DNA of 64,000 nt from Octopus sinensis (GCF_006345805.1 NC_043015.1:13454001-13518000); one strand, 5' to 3'; shown: positions 11,781-23,784, numbered from the stretch's first letter. The notes: generated from the letters alone by a model not told the origin. Numbers and translations are program-made.

Positions 11781-12147
11781 ATATATGTAAATTTCGTGGA
11801 CGTAGGACTCTTCCTCCTCATAAGATGTGGAGGAAATTTAAAATGACATCCAGATTTTTAAGCCACCATTGGTCTGTTTAGGTCACACAACGAATTAATT
11901 CACGTCAACAACTTGTCCATTCTTCCACTTGTGACGCCCAGTCTAAAGAACTGGTGTCGCCAAATATATTCCTGCAAAATGGCTACAAAGTGACTCCGAC
12001 ATCCTGACTGCTCCTCATAGATCGAAGAATAAAACAACTGCGGCCGCTTGATAGCACAAACAACTATGATCTGAATTGACTAATGGATGCTTAAATGACT
12101 AGAAGCCACTTTAAATTTCTTTTAAGTTATTTCCATTCTTATTGCGA

Positions 12148-12195
12148 ACATCTGATGAGGGAATGTGCCCACGTTCACGAAACTTTAAGTAATGT
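12148..12195 (+). ncRNA. Type I hammerhead ribozyme (Penelope/retrozyme type)
   Basis: acat-CTGATGA(12152-12158)-gggaatgtgcccacgttcac-GAAA(12179-12182)-ctttaag-TA|atgt. Stem I acat/atgt, stem II with one mismatch, near-palindromic stem III ACTTTAAGT, GUA triplet 12189-12191; AATAAA follows at ~12217. Confidence 0.8.
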
Positions 12196-12306
12196 GGAGC
12201 TGCATCAGAGTTATCAAATAAACATGTGTGCCTCTGTTTGTATGTGTGTATGAGAGAGAGAGAGAGAGAGAGAAAGAGAGGGAGGGAGAGAGAGAGTGCA
12301 CGCGTT

Positions 12307-12346
<40 letters not shown>

Positions 12347-13006
12347 CGTATACATGTTATCTCCTATTGAGATTTGTTTGGTGGTTAATAGTCTTTAAAG
12401 AATGCTTTACACATTCATTTATTCAACAGAACACATGATATATTAATCAATTTACATACAGAAAACATGATACATTATGACCCCAGTGTCATTAAGCACA
12501 TCAAAGCAAGGGAATTCACTATTGCTAATGAAGGTTTATGGTTGAAAGGTAACTGAATGCGTTTCTTCAAAAAATAAACAATTTTCAATATGTGAGTATC
12601 TTTTGAGGGGAATGGCAAATACATTATGTGGGGAATAAAGTGGTTTAGCTAGCTGTGAGTTCTTTAGAAAATATTGATGGAAGTGTCAGTAATATTTCAC
12701 CAATTCTGACCTTTCTTTTTAAAAATGGCAAAAGACTGTAACAAGATATTATACTTCTCCGAGAGACAATTACTACCTCTGGGGAAATTAATACCGGGAG
12801 AACGCTTGTTCTTTTATGAACCATTTGATTTTATAATTGTGAATATAGGTCATCCTTTCAACTTCATATATATTCGGATAGTGAGATAGTGAGGTATCTT
12901 TTGGAGTGTCTATATATATATACATACGTACACACACGCAAGCATACACAGTCATATGTATATGTATGCACTTGTATAGATGTATATATATTTAGATATA
13001 TATATT

Positions 13007-13064
<58 letters not shown>

Positions 13065-13072
13065 GATATAGA

Positions 13073-13330
13073 TTCTTTTATTCTTTTATTTGTTTCAGTA
13101 ATTTGACTGCGGCCATGCTGGAGCACCGTCTTTTGTAGAACAAATCGATCCCAGAACTTATTCTTTGTAAGCCTAGTACTTATTCTATCGGTCTCTTTTG
13201 CCGAACCGCTAAGTTACGGGGACGTAAACATACGAGCATCGGTTGTCAAGCGACGGAGGGGAATAAACATAGACACACAAATACACACACGCACACACAC
13301 ACGCACACACACACACATGCACACACACAG

Positions 13331-13375
<45 letters not shown>

Positions 13376-13537
13376 CAACGGGCTTCTTCCAGTTGCCGTC
13401 AACCGAATACACTCACAAGGCTTTACTCGGCCCAAGGCTATAGTAGAAGACACTTGCCCAAGGTTCCACGCAGAGAACTGAACCCAGAACCATGTGGTTG
13501 GGAAGCAAACATCTTACCATACAGCCACGCCTGCGCC
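13073..13537 (-). mobile_element. SINE family A, full length
   Basis: Reverse complement of the 7418-7822 element. Confidence 0.85.
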
Positions 13538-13543
13538 TATATA

Positions 13544-13996
13544 TCAGGTTGAGTAAAAAGTAAGCAGTGTTTTGAACCATGAAGAATTTGTAGCGGATCT
13601 TTGCAAAGTTTTGAATATTTTAAAAACATTTTTGGAAATTGTCTGATAATACAGTCACAGACTTGCCCAAATGCATCAATAAATCAACTTTGATTTTTTT
13701 TCATAGCTATTACAATCATCTGAAATGGAACTGTCGAAGCGCAATATTCGAGTAACTTTGCTATTTAACTTCGAAAAATGACGTAAAGCAGCTGAAACTG
13801 CTCGCGATATTAACGAAACGTCTGGTGAGGAAATGACCAGTGAGAGGTCAGCTCGAAAGTGGTTACAACGATGTTGCAGTGGAGACCTGAGCATTGTATT
13901 GGATGCCCATCTGTCATCGATGACGGTCAATTAATGACCGTCATTGAGAAAGATCCAAATAAAACCACTCGAGAACTGACAAAAGAACTTCAAGTT
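13544..13996 (+). mobile_element. Mariner transposon 5' fragment (TIR + decayed N-terminal transposase)
   Basis: TA|TCAGGTTGAGTAAAAAG TIR-like start; from 13725 MELSKRNIRVTLLFNFEK*RKAAETARDINETSGEEMTSERSARKW...VIDDGQLMTVIEKDPNKTTRELTKELQV. Confidence 0.8.
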
Positions 13997-14999
13997 GTCT
14001 GGCAGCCATGACTGGGTTCTCCTGCTTGTGCGGCATAGGGAAATTCACCAGAGAGGCGAAGGAATTCACATCACCTCACCCAGGTCAACTCAGGCTCTCT
14101 GACAGGACCCTTGGCTTTGTAAAGAGAAGTGTTGCTAGGCCTCTGACATAGCAGAATGAGTTGATGTCAGTCCCAGAACAGCTGTCAAGTATCTCCACAA
14201 ACTTGGTTACTGTAGCAGGGCAGCAAGAAGGAAGCCACTTCTTTGACCAGCCAATATCAAGCGGAGAAAAGATTGGGCCAGTGAGAGGGTGGAAAAGCCA
14301 CTAGCATTTTGGGATACTGTCATATTTTATGATGAGTCCAGATTTGCTGTATTTCCTGACAGTGGTCGAATGTGGGCCTGGAGGCTCTGTGATCAAGAAT
14401 TTGATGTGAAAAGATTGCAGCCAACAATGAAACACTGAGGCCATTCTGTGATGGTCTGGGGAGCAATGGTCAATCAGGGCTGGTGTAGTGTGAGGGAAAC
14501 AAAAATTCAGATAAATATGTATGCCTATTGCAGAAAGGACTCCATCCAATCTTCTCTAGGGGTAAAATGATTAAAGAAGCCTCTTTATTTATGGAAGATG
14601 GGGCTCCTAGTCACACAACTAGAAATACTCAAGATTGGTTGGAAGAGATACGCATTAAAAAGCTTCCCTGGCCAAGCCAGTCACTAAATATGTACACCAT
14701 TGAACACCTCTGAGCCATAATGGATAGGATCCTATGTAAAAAGAGCAAGAAAGCATCCTCAAAGCCAGATCTTCTGAGATTACTGCATACAATTTGGCAA
14801 GAAATTCCTCAAGAGAATATTCGTCATCTGATCAGTAGCATGCATAATAGGGTCCTTACATTGAAAAATGTAAAGGGCATTCTACTAAATATTAGACATT
14901 TACATTATAATAATTAATAAATAATTTGAATGTGTAATTTCCGATTTAAATACAGTTTAACGATTATAAGGATGTCTATTTACTTTTGTCGCGTCCGTG
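13997..14999 (+). mobile_element. Tc1 (DD34E) transposon, 5'-truncated, decayed
   Basis: LGYCSRAARRKPLL..WDTVIFYDESRF..HSVMVWGAM..FMEDGAPSHT(34 aa)IEHL; right TIR ...tctatttacttttgtcgcgtccgtg|TA ending at 14999. Confidence 0.88.
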
Positions 15000-15277
15000 T
15001 ATAACTGGATGTATATTCATATATATATATGTATAGATGTGTGGATACCACACTGCTGTTGTACTGTTACGTATATAGATGTGTCCTATATTATTATGGT
15101 ACGCGCTCGCTTCCCTTACGTCATGCTCTTGCAAGATGTGGCTGAGATCATCGCAGGTTAGTGGTGGAGAGATGTCATCATGTGTAGAGCGGACCAAGTT
15201 CCCCAGCGCTCTCTATCCCTGGTGGTCTCCTGCAAGCCCCTCTGCATCCTACTAAATGTAAGATATATATATATATA

Positions 15278-15770
15278 CCGCTGCACCATCATTGTCAGCA
15301 TCCACTAGAATTACTTCATCCTCAATGTTGAAGTTCTTAAGCAAGTATTTAAGATTACCAGCATAGAGAACGTGCTGCTGAAGTCCCCAGCTACGCTGGG
15401 CAGGGCACACCTCCAGCAGGAAGGATCATCACCTGCCCAAGATCACGTTGTACGGTGAACTCTCCAAAGGCCATTGCGGCAGAGAGACACGAAAGAAGTT
15501 TGAAAAAATCTTTTGGTACCTATTACATCGACCATCACTAGTGGTCCACTCCAGCTGAGGACCGTGACGCCTGGTGTCTCACCATTAACCATTTTGTCTC
15601 CTTTCACAAAAACATCCACAGGGTCATTCTCAAGGACAAAAGACGTAGGAGGAAGAACTGAAACACATCGGTGTGAAATCCTGACCAGACACTCAACTGC
15701 TTCCATAAAAGTACCTGCAGACAACGTGTACAAATCCCTTCTTAACCTTCGTTTGCAAAGTTAAGCCAAT
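15278..15770 (+). mobile_element. RTE (BovB-like) LINE 3' fragment, decayed
   Basis: Frameshifted translation SIH*NYFILNVEVL..ITSIENVLLK..LRWAGH..DHHLPKITLYGELSKGH..DRDAW..LKDKRRRRKN..NPDQTLNC. Confidence 0.8.
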
Positions 15771-15780
15771 AAGAAGTTTC

Positions 15781-15851
<71 letters not shown>

Positions 15852-15910
15852 CGCGCGTGTGTGCGCGTATGTGTGTACATATATATGTATATAGTCAATT
15901 CGAGGATGCC

Positions 15911-15960
15911 AGGTCCTCATTAGGGACGTCAGGTCCTCATTAGGGAGGCCAGGTCCTCAA
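15911..15960. repeat. 20-bp minisatellite x2.5 (aggtcctcattagggaNgNc)
   Basis: Directly visible. Confidence 0.85.
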
Positions 15961-16551
15961 AGAAAAAGTCTCGACGATATGTTAGGGACTACTATAGTAA
16001 TACATATTGTTAATAATGACAGAAAGAGAATTATGTATGCATAAATAATTTATTTGTATGATATTATGAGGTTGAAAGTTTTTTTTTATTAAAGCAATAC
16101 AAATAAATTAGAAATTATAAAACTCTAAAAGCAATAGCAGATGCCAAAATCCTACTTATATTTTTCGATTCATACCCCAAAGTGATTCGTATTTCTAAGC
16201 ATTATTGTGGGGTCATATGCTAAGAATTGGTTATCATTTTCAACTATATAGGGCAGAACCTCATCAGCGCTTTATGAGCTTATACAACAAAGGTTAACAT
16301 ATTTCTTGAAAGGATGCAGACGAATTACTAATAAATTTAAGAAGTTAGATCATATATATTATGCGTATGTATCCAGCTAGTGAATTATTGATGTAAATAA
16401 AGATAAAATAAAATAACATAACATAAACATAAAGGTAAAGTAAGAAAATAAAAGATAAAAAGTAAAGAAAAATACAAATGTTGTAAAATATATAGTATAT
16501 AAATTTAAATAAAAGGGAAGAACAATACTTAAATATGCAAGGGAAGAACTC

Positions 16552-17121
16552 TATAGGGCTGTCCGGAAAGTTCGTGCCGATTTTTAAAAGAAAGAAAAAG
16601 GTTAATAAATACTTGCCATTACATTTTTAATCAACCAAATATGAACCATTTTGTTGCACAATGCGTCTCCATCTTTCCTTTAACTTGAAAATAACCTCTT
16701 TCCAGAACTGAGGTGGTTTCACAGCAAAGAATTCATCAAGGTATCTTTTTACGTCAACCAAGGAATTGAAATTTTTACCATTAAGACTATTCTGCAGAGA
16801 CCTGAATAAGTGGAAATCCGAAGGAGCAATATCTGGTGAATATGGAGGGTGAGGTAACACATCCCAGCCGAGCTGCAGCAATTTTTGTCTGGTTCCCAAA
16901 GAATCAAGTGCCGAAAATGAACTTTCTTATCTTCCATTTTAAAGGGTTAGAGAATTAACACAGGTTATAGGAATATAAACCTTCTTCCACGAAATGATAG
17001 CTTAAATGGTGCTCTAAATGGAGGTGTAGTCAAATCCTATTTTATGGACTCAACCATGTTCTAAAATAAGTCGAAAGGTAAGCTACTATAAATCGGCACG
17101 AACTTTCCGGACAACCCAATA
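16552..17121 (-). mobile_element. Internally deleted mariner (MITE-like) with both TIRs and TA TSDs
   Basis: TIRs tatagggctgtccggaaagttcgtgccgattt (16552-16583) and aaatcggcacgaactttccggacaacccaata (17090-17121); N-terminus MEDKKVHFRHLILWE joined to C-terminus LGWDVLPHPPYSPDIAPSDFHLFRSL...RWRRIVQQNGSY. Confidence 0.93.
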
Positions 17122-17732
17122 TAATAAAATCATAATATATTTCGTTACTTAATATATAGCTAATGCAACGAATTTTCTATCGGAAGAAACATCGGACAAT
17201 TACACTTAGAGTTTAAAGAAGATCTCTGTGTTAATGCTTCTTGCGTCAAAAGGCATCTGTACCCGACACATGCAAGTTTCCATTGAAACTTGGGAATAAA
17301 AGATCTTTTAATTAAGAAATACACATTATATATTATAACAAATCAGAGTTTCACGCAGCCGACTGTAACTATAGCGACGCATATCAAATACACACACATT
17401 ACAGGTCAGAGTACTCAGCAAATAACCTTATCTTCAAAGATTTCACGAGGAGTGTCCTATCCCTGAAATATTGAAATACTTGGTACTATTAGCCTGTTTT
17501 ATTTTTATAAATTGTCTTGTTTTGGCTTTAAAAAATATATAATTAAAACATACACATACATTGATCATGTATAACTTATCTTTATTTTCAAATGTCTTTT
17601 TGTTTAGGCCTTCCTCATATTATTTTATAGTCGTTCTAAAATTGTATCCATTCATATTTATTGAGCTGTTTGTAAAAGCTTTGCAAGAATATATAATATT
17701 TATTTCTATAATGATCTCTCTCTCTCTCTCTT

Positions 17733-17763
<31 letters not shown>

Positions 17764-19601
17764 TTCTTTCTTTCTCTCTCTCTCTTTTTCTCTCTCTCTC
17801 TCTCTCTCTCTTCTTTCTTTCTCTCTCTCTAACTCTCTCTCTCTCGCTGTCTCTCTCTCTGAATGTATGTGTTTATATATGCAAGTATGCATGCATGAAT
17901 CAAGCCCAAACTATTTCACATCCATAAAGGGTTTCGACGACCGCTGAGCTGTTACTTTCAAAGTACTTGTGGCAAGATACCAGTGTATTACTGGTACACT
18001 GGTACCAGAACCAAACAACCTATCTACACGGCTATTAAGATCTCTCCAGAACTGCGACAAAACAGACAATTATGAAGCAATTTGTACTGATGGCGATTAA
18101 CGAGGTAATTAGCCAAGGTTGTTAAGGAAGCGGGAAGCCACTGAATCGGACGCCCACTCATATATTATGATTTAGTCAGGAGAGAAATGACAGAATGATC
18201 CAAGATTATTTCCGGGGTCACCGAGACTGTGAGGAAAAAGTACGATGTTATCCTCAGATTAGGGACCTGGTCTGAACGCTGACAAGAGAATAAACTACAT
18301 TACAGACACCGAAAGCTAGATTGTTATGTTAAACCGATTGACAGATTAAGCTTCTTGCTTTTACATAAATTATATTTACCAGCATGAATGAGTGAAACCA
18401 TTTGATCTCAAACCGTTTCTGTCAACTTACTCAACAGTTTGATTAGAAATAAGCTTTGGACAACTCAAGACCATAATGCTGTTACAATTCCAAATTGAAG
18501 CTAATGACTTATGCCTAATCAATACAAATATATCATCAAACTAGTGTATCATATCGCCCTGGACTTCAGTTTTTCTATTTTCTCGTTGCCCGACGAGCTA
18601 GGTTCCTATGACGAACCTACGAAACTTGAAGTTCCATGGAACCGAAACAAACTGTTTTAAATAGTTATATATATAAGTCATACCGTGTTGAGTGACTCTT
18701 TCATTTGTTCACTCACTCACTCGTGCATATATTCATACATACATACATACATGCATGTATGCATGCATATATACATGCATACATGCATACATACATACAT
18801 ATATACATACATACATGTGTGTGTGTGTGTGTATACATACACACGCATATATATGTAAGCATGCATATATGGGTACAGGACGTCACCAACTGTGAAAACA
18901 ACGTGAAATACGTAAGCAAGCGAGTTAAATACATAAACAACGAGAGAAAAAATGGAAAATAAGATAAATAAACAAAGAGGAACCACCCTTATATATACAC
19001 ATACATATACATACATACACACATATATGTATATATATTATATATATTCACGCACACATGTGTGTACATACATAAATACATGCATTCATATATACATGTA
19101 TGGATGTATATACCCATAACTGTGGCTAGTCCTCAGTTCCAGCACAAAGTATGCACCTAGACGTTCACTCTAACAGAACCCACTTTCTCTAGATTTTAAC
19201 CTCTGCAGACATTTGTTTCCTTATAGTTTTACAGCAGTTGGTTGATCTTACAGACCTTGGAAAGTCTGAAATGATCATCGCCACAGCTAGTTCATCGGTC
19301 TGGGGCCCAAAGAAACGAGGTTGGAGAAGGTGAGCGGGGCTTGTGAATATCTGACGAGGCCCTCAGATATAAAAATATTTCACAGACTTATTGAACTTTG
19401 AGAGGACCTCCACAGCCCGAGGTTTTGAAATAGTTTTGATTCACCTTGCAAAACTAGAGCATAGTCACTTCCTGCAAACCAAGTCAATAGAATGTTATAT
19501 ACCGGAGTTGACTCAATTGTATTCACCCTTCTCTTTCAGAAATTTTGTGCTGATTCGAAATCAATATTGTATTTTATTTTCTGGCGAATCCAGTAAAATA
19601 A

Positions 19602-19664
19602 GGTTAAGAATCAGACACAATATACGAACAAGATTAGTTTGTATAGCGTGTCTGATTCTTAACC
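19602..19664. ncRNA. Pre-miRNA-like hairpin (candidate)
   Basis: ggttaagaatcagacac-aa-tatacgaac-aagatta-gtttgtata-gc-gtgtctgattcttaacc: 28-bp stem, 2 mismatches, 7-nt loop, 63 nt. Confidence 0.4.
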
Positions 19665-20587
19665 GGAAGCCTTATTACTTTATCAAAATCAAGGCAGACT
19701 ACATCATATATAATTCATTTTAATGAAGGCTTCTGAGCTGGAGCTAATTTCCCAAAATGGGAATCCTATAAAATATACAGCAACTTCTATTAAACAAAAA
19801 GTAGGTGCTCGATGAATCGAGAGTTGATTCTCAACTGAAAACAGAAGCTTGTTACTTCATCTACGTCAAGTCAAATACATTATATATGATATATTTTGAT
19901 GAAGGCAGAAGAGCTGGAGCTAAATTCCCGAGGTGTGGAATCCACAACACGGTTTCAATTTCTGATCGAAGCTTATTCTCTTCCTTTAGATAGCTTAATT
20001 AATGCAGTTTGAAAAGGTATATTACAGAATTTCATTTATTGGCCGATAAATCAAAAGCTTTATATTATTGTAAGACATTCATGTATGTTCTGTCGGTAAC
20101 TGAATGCACGTACCTTCTTATTTCACTGTTGGTATTCCCGCTGACTTCATTGTCAGTATTCCACCTTCGCCTGGTAATTAGCTACGACGTGCTGTTTTTG
20201 TTCTGTTGCCAACAGTTATCAAATACCACTATAATACAATGTGCAACAATATATCAACACGTGCGAGGACAAATTCATGTAGCAGGAGGATCAGGGTTCT
20301 TTTTGCTTGTGCTTTTTTTTTGTTTTTACGCGTGCCATATTTCATGTGCTATTACACCGTCTCCTATTACACTTCACCATTCTCCATCAATCATCGTCGT
20401 CATTATCACAAACACTAATAGCAGCAGCAGCAGCAGCAGCCACCACCACTATCATCATCATCATTATCAACATCATTAACATTTGCAGCAACAGTAGGAG
20501 TATTAACATCGTTTAGGTCATCTTTTTTATTTAAAGAAATAGTGACATCATATGAGCAAAAGACAATACTACTACCGCTAGTTGATG

Positions 20588-20629
<42 letters not shown>

Positions 20630-21524
20630 TCTATACAATTTCTTATAAACTATATTAGTAGTGTTATTAGTAATAACTGTGCTAGTAGTATTAGTTGTAA
20701 TGTTAATTGTAGTATTAGCAATAAATGTGGAAGTGACGTCATCGCGTATGTCAGCAAAAGGATTTTTGCATGTCATCGTGAATCTCTATCTACGTAATCC
20801 GGTATCTGGTAGCAGAATGAAACAATTCTGTAATTTACAAGAGTTCTTACAAACTGTGTTGATCTCAAGTTTAGAAATAATATATGGTAAAGTCAATGCT
20901 GTGTTAGAAGTTACATCCAGGACACTGACTTCAGTTAAAGCAGAGATCTGAGGTAAACCCCTTCTATACAAGAATCTTCAAACAGAGGACGGAGAGCATA
21001 TTGTGTGTTATCGGGTTGGATCGAATAAACTCGACATCGGTTAAAAGCTTAGCTTGGCGATTGAATAAGGTATATCCATTAAACGAAGAAGAGACATTTC
21101 CCAAAGTAATGACTTCAAGCTTGGCACTGATACGAGGCCTCAAATAGATTCTGAATTCAAGTGAAGCGAATGAAATAAACCTGTCAAACATTAGAAGCTA
21201 TGCGTAGGGTGAGACGAGATTAGAATGCATATATCAGTAACATTCTAAAGTTATATTTAAGCATTTTTAACATGAAGAGCTAAGGAATTTAAGAAAACTT
21301 TACAATAACATAAGGAAAGGTTAGAGGAAGGTTCTTTATTAATGGACTGATGAAAACTGAGTAAACAAAAAGACGTTATTCCATCAGGTTTTTGAAACAT
21401 ATTTTTTTTTATTTTCAGAATTTCTGTTTTACTGCTAAATATTCTCATTTAGACCCCTTTTTATGTAAGTCATGCAATTCATATTTTCTCATGAAACGCA
21501 TCGGTTTCAAATTTTGGCTCTAGG

Positions 21525-21715
21525 TCAGCAATTTCGGAGAGGCGGCTAAGTCGATTACATTGATCTTAATGGTCAACTGGCCTTTATTTTATCGACAACG
21601 AAAGGATGAATGGCAAATTCGACCTCGGCGGAATTTGAACTCAGAATGTAAAGACATACGAAATGCCACTAAGCATTTTGTCCGGCGCGGTAACTATTCT
21701 GCCAGGACACTGCCT
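21525..21715 (-). mobile_element. SINE family B
   Basis: gaaaggatgaa.ggcaaa.tcgacctcggcggaatttgaactcagaa (reverse complement of family B core). Confidence 0.8.
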
Positions 21716-22179
21716 TCTTTCTCATGGAACATATAAAGATATATTTGATTTGGTTGTTTACCGGTCATGGTGGTGGTGGTGGTGGTGATGATGCTGTGTG
21801 GGTGTAGTAGTAGTGGTGGTTGTGAAGACTGACTACATAAGTTTATGATTGAAAATATCTAAAATTACCTCTCTCAGAGTAACCGAGGAATTGGATTAGA
21901 TTTCCATATCCGCTAAAACTGAGTGCAGATATTTTAAATCTTTATCATTTTATAGTTTACTTGGACTGCAGGCTCGCTGAGACACTGCCTTGAAGGGCTT
22001 AGTCGAATGAATCGGCACCAGTGCCTATTTTTAAGTCTGGTACTGATTTCATCGTTCTTTTACCAAACCGCTACGTTAAGGAGACGTAAACAAACCAACG
22101 CTGGTTCTCAAGTGGGTGAGACAAACACAAAGACACAAATACACTCACACACACACATACACACATATAGATTACATTA

Positions 22180-22500
22180 AAAATGAATTCCAATCTTGCT
22201 TGCTTGCTTGCAATGTTACACAGCCAAACTGGCGTATAATAGGAAAATACTTTGAAAGTAAAGTGCCCTTGAAATGTGAATACAAACGGAATAAAACAAG
22301 TTTCGCATAAATCGGACCAGTGGTTATTGAGATATTTGGGGTTTTGGGGGTATAAATACCCAAAACGGTGCATAATGAGAAAACACTCAGAAAATCACTT
22401 AACCCTGAAAGGGAAGAAACTCTAACCTTTCCATTAGACACATTATGATGGGCAAAATATTCTTAAGTGAAAATGACTTTAAAAATACGGTAAATATTTC
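22180..22500 (-). mobile_element. Possible non-autonomous Helitron-like remnant
   Basis: aagtttcgcataaatcggaccagtggttattgagata resembles a motif common in non-autonomous rolling-circle elements; (GCTT)n adjacent. Confidence 0.3.
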
Positions 22501-22737
22501 ATAAAAGACCCGTTCATAACCTCGATGCGAGAGTTTATTTCCATAGGTTTCTTTCGAATGCATTCAACGTATCTAACTTCCAAAGGTTTGGTTGCTATTT
22601 CTAGCACGCCCTGCTACCACGTAACAGCTATTTGCGATAAAGGACCCGAAATACCTGTTACGTGGAAGCAGGGCGTGCAAGAAATAGCAGCAAAATCTTC
22701 CCTTTTCTGGGGAGAGGAGCCGTTTACGCGTGATTTC

Positions 22738-22785
<48 letters not shown>

Positions 22786-22787
<2 letters not shown>

Positions 22788-23152
22788 CATAGGTGTAGCT
22801 GTGTAGTAAGAAGCTTACTTCCCAACCACATGTTTCCGGGTTCAGTGTGGAACCTTGGGCAAGTGTCTTCTACTATAGTCTCAGACCGACTAAAACCTTG
22901 TAAGTTGATCTGGTAGATGGAAACTGAAAGAAGTCCATCGTATATATGTGTGTGTGTCTTTGTGTCTGTGTTTCCCCATATCACTTCTCGACAATAGGTG
23001 CTGGTGTGTTTCTGTACTCGTAACATGGCGGTTCGTCAAAAGAGACCGATAGAATAAGTACTAGACTTACAAAGAATAAACCCTGGGGTTGATTTCTTCG
23101 AATAAAACCTTTTAAGGCGATGCTCCAGCATGGCTTCAGTTAAATGACTGAA
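22786..23152 (+). mobile_element. SINE family A
   Basis: Similar to 7418-7822. Confidence 0.82.
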
Positions 23153-23339
23153 AAATATATATATATACTTGCTGGACTCTGCCATCGAAGACGACGTATG
23201 AGCGTCCAGCGTTTTGCCGAACGACCTGCACAAATTATTTGTTTATAGTGATCAAATGTATGTGCCGTGCTCTCTTAATCAAATCGATGTGTGGTACACC
23301 GTGCACCTGAACAGGTGCACGGTGTACCACACATCAGTG

Positions 23340-23463
23340 TCAAAGTGATTGCAGAACAACGTGAGATGAAGTGTTTTCCTCAAGAACATAACGCACCACT
23401 CGGTCTGGGAATTGAAACCACGACCTCGCGATCGTGAGTGCAACACCCTAACCAGTAGGCCAT
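23340..23463 (-). mobile_element. tRNA-derived SINE family C head
   Basis: Minus: tggcctactggttagggtgttgcactcacgatcgcgaggtcgtggtttcaattcccagacc (A/B boxes). Confidence 0.7.
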
Positions 23464-23784
23464 ATTTATTTATTTATATGGTGGGCTTCCACGCGCTTTC
23501 TGTCTACCGAATTAACTCACAATGCATCATTGGCCCAGAGTTATAGCAGAAGACACCTGCCCAAGGAACTGTAGCAATGGGATTTAACCCGAAATGAATT
23601 GATTAAAGCGAGCTTCTTAACAACACAGACATGACTGCTCCTATAGATGAGAATATCTAATAAGAGCTCTTTGTAATTCCGAGCAGAGATTGAAACCACC
23701 TCCTGTATGTATGTCACTGACTACAAAAACCTTTACCCACAACGCCAGAAAAGCAGCAATATTCATCAATATTTTAACTATTCA

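Noticed and set aside
15278-15290. TGGTGCAGCGGT on minus as an LTR primer-binding site
   Set aside because: Explained as RTE coding sequence on plus; no LTR pair found.
16230-16280. Minus-strand CTGATGAG...GAAA
   Set aside because: Stem II does not pair.
19347-19370. CTGACGAG motif
   Set aside because: No GAAA; it is part of a simple 8-bp hairpin.
19896-19965. C/D-box snoRNA (TGATGA...CTGA)
   Set aside because: No terminal stem and only an 8-nt match to 18S rRNA.
20786-21191. LRR-like minus-strand ORFs
   Set aside because: Only vague LxxLxL spacing, interrupted by stops; not supportable.
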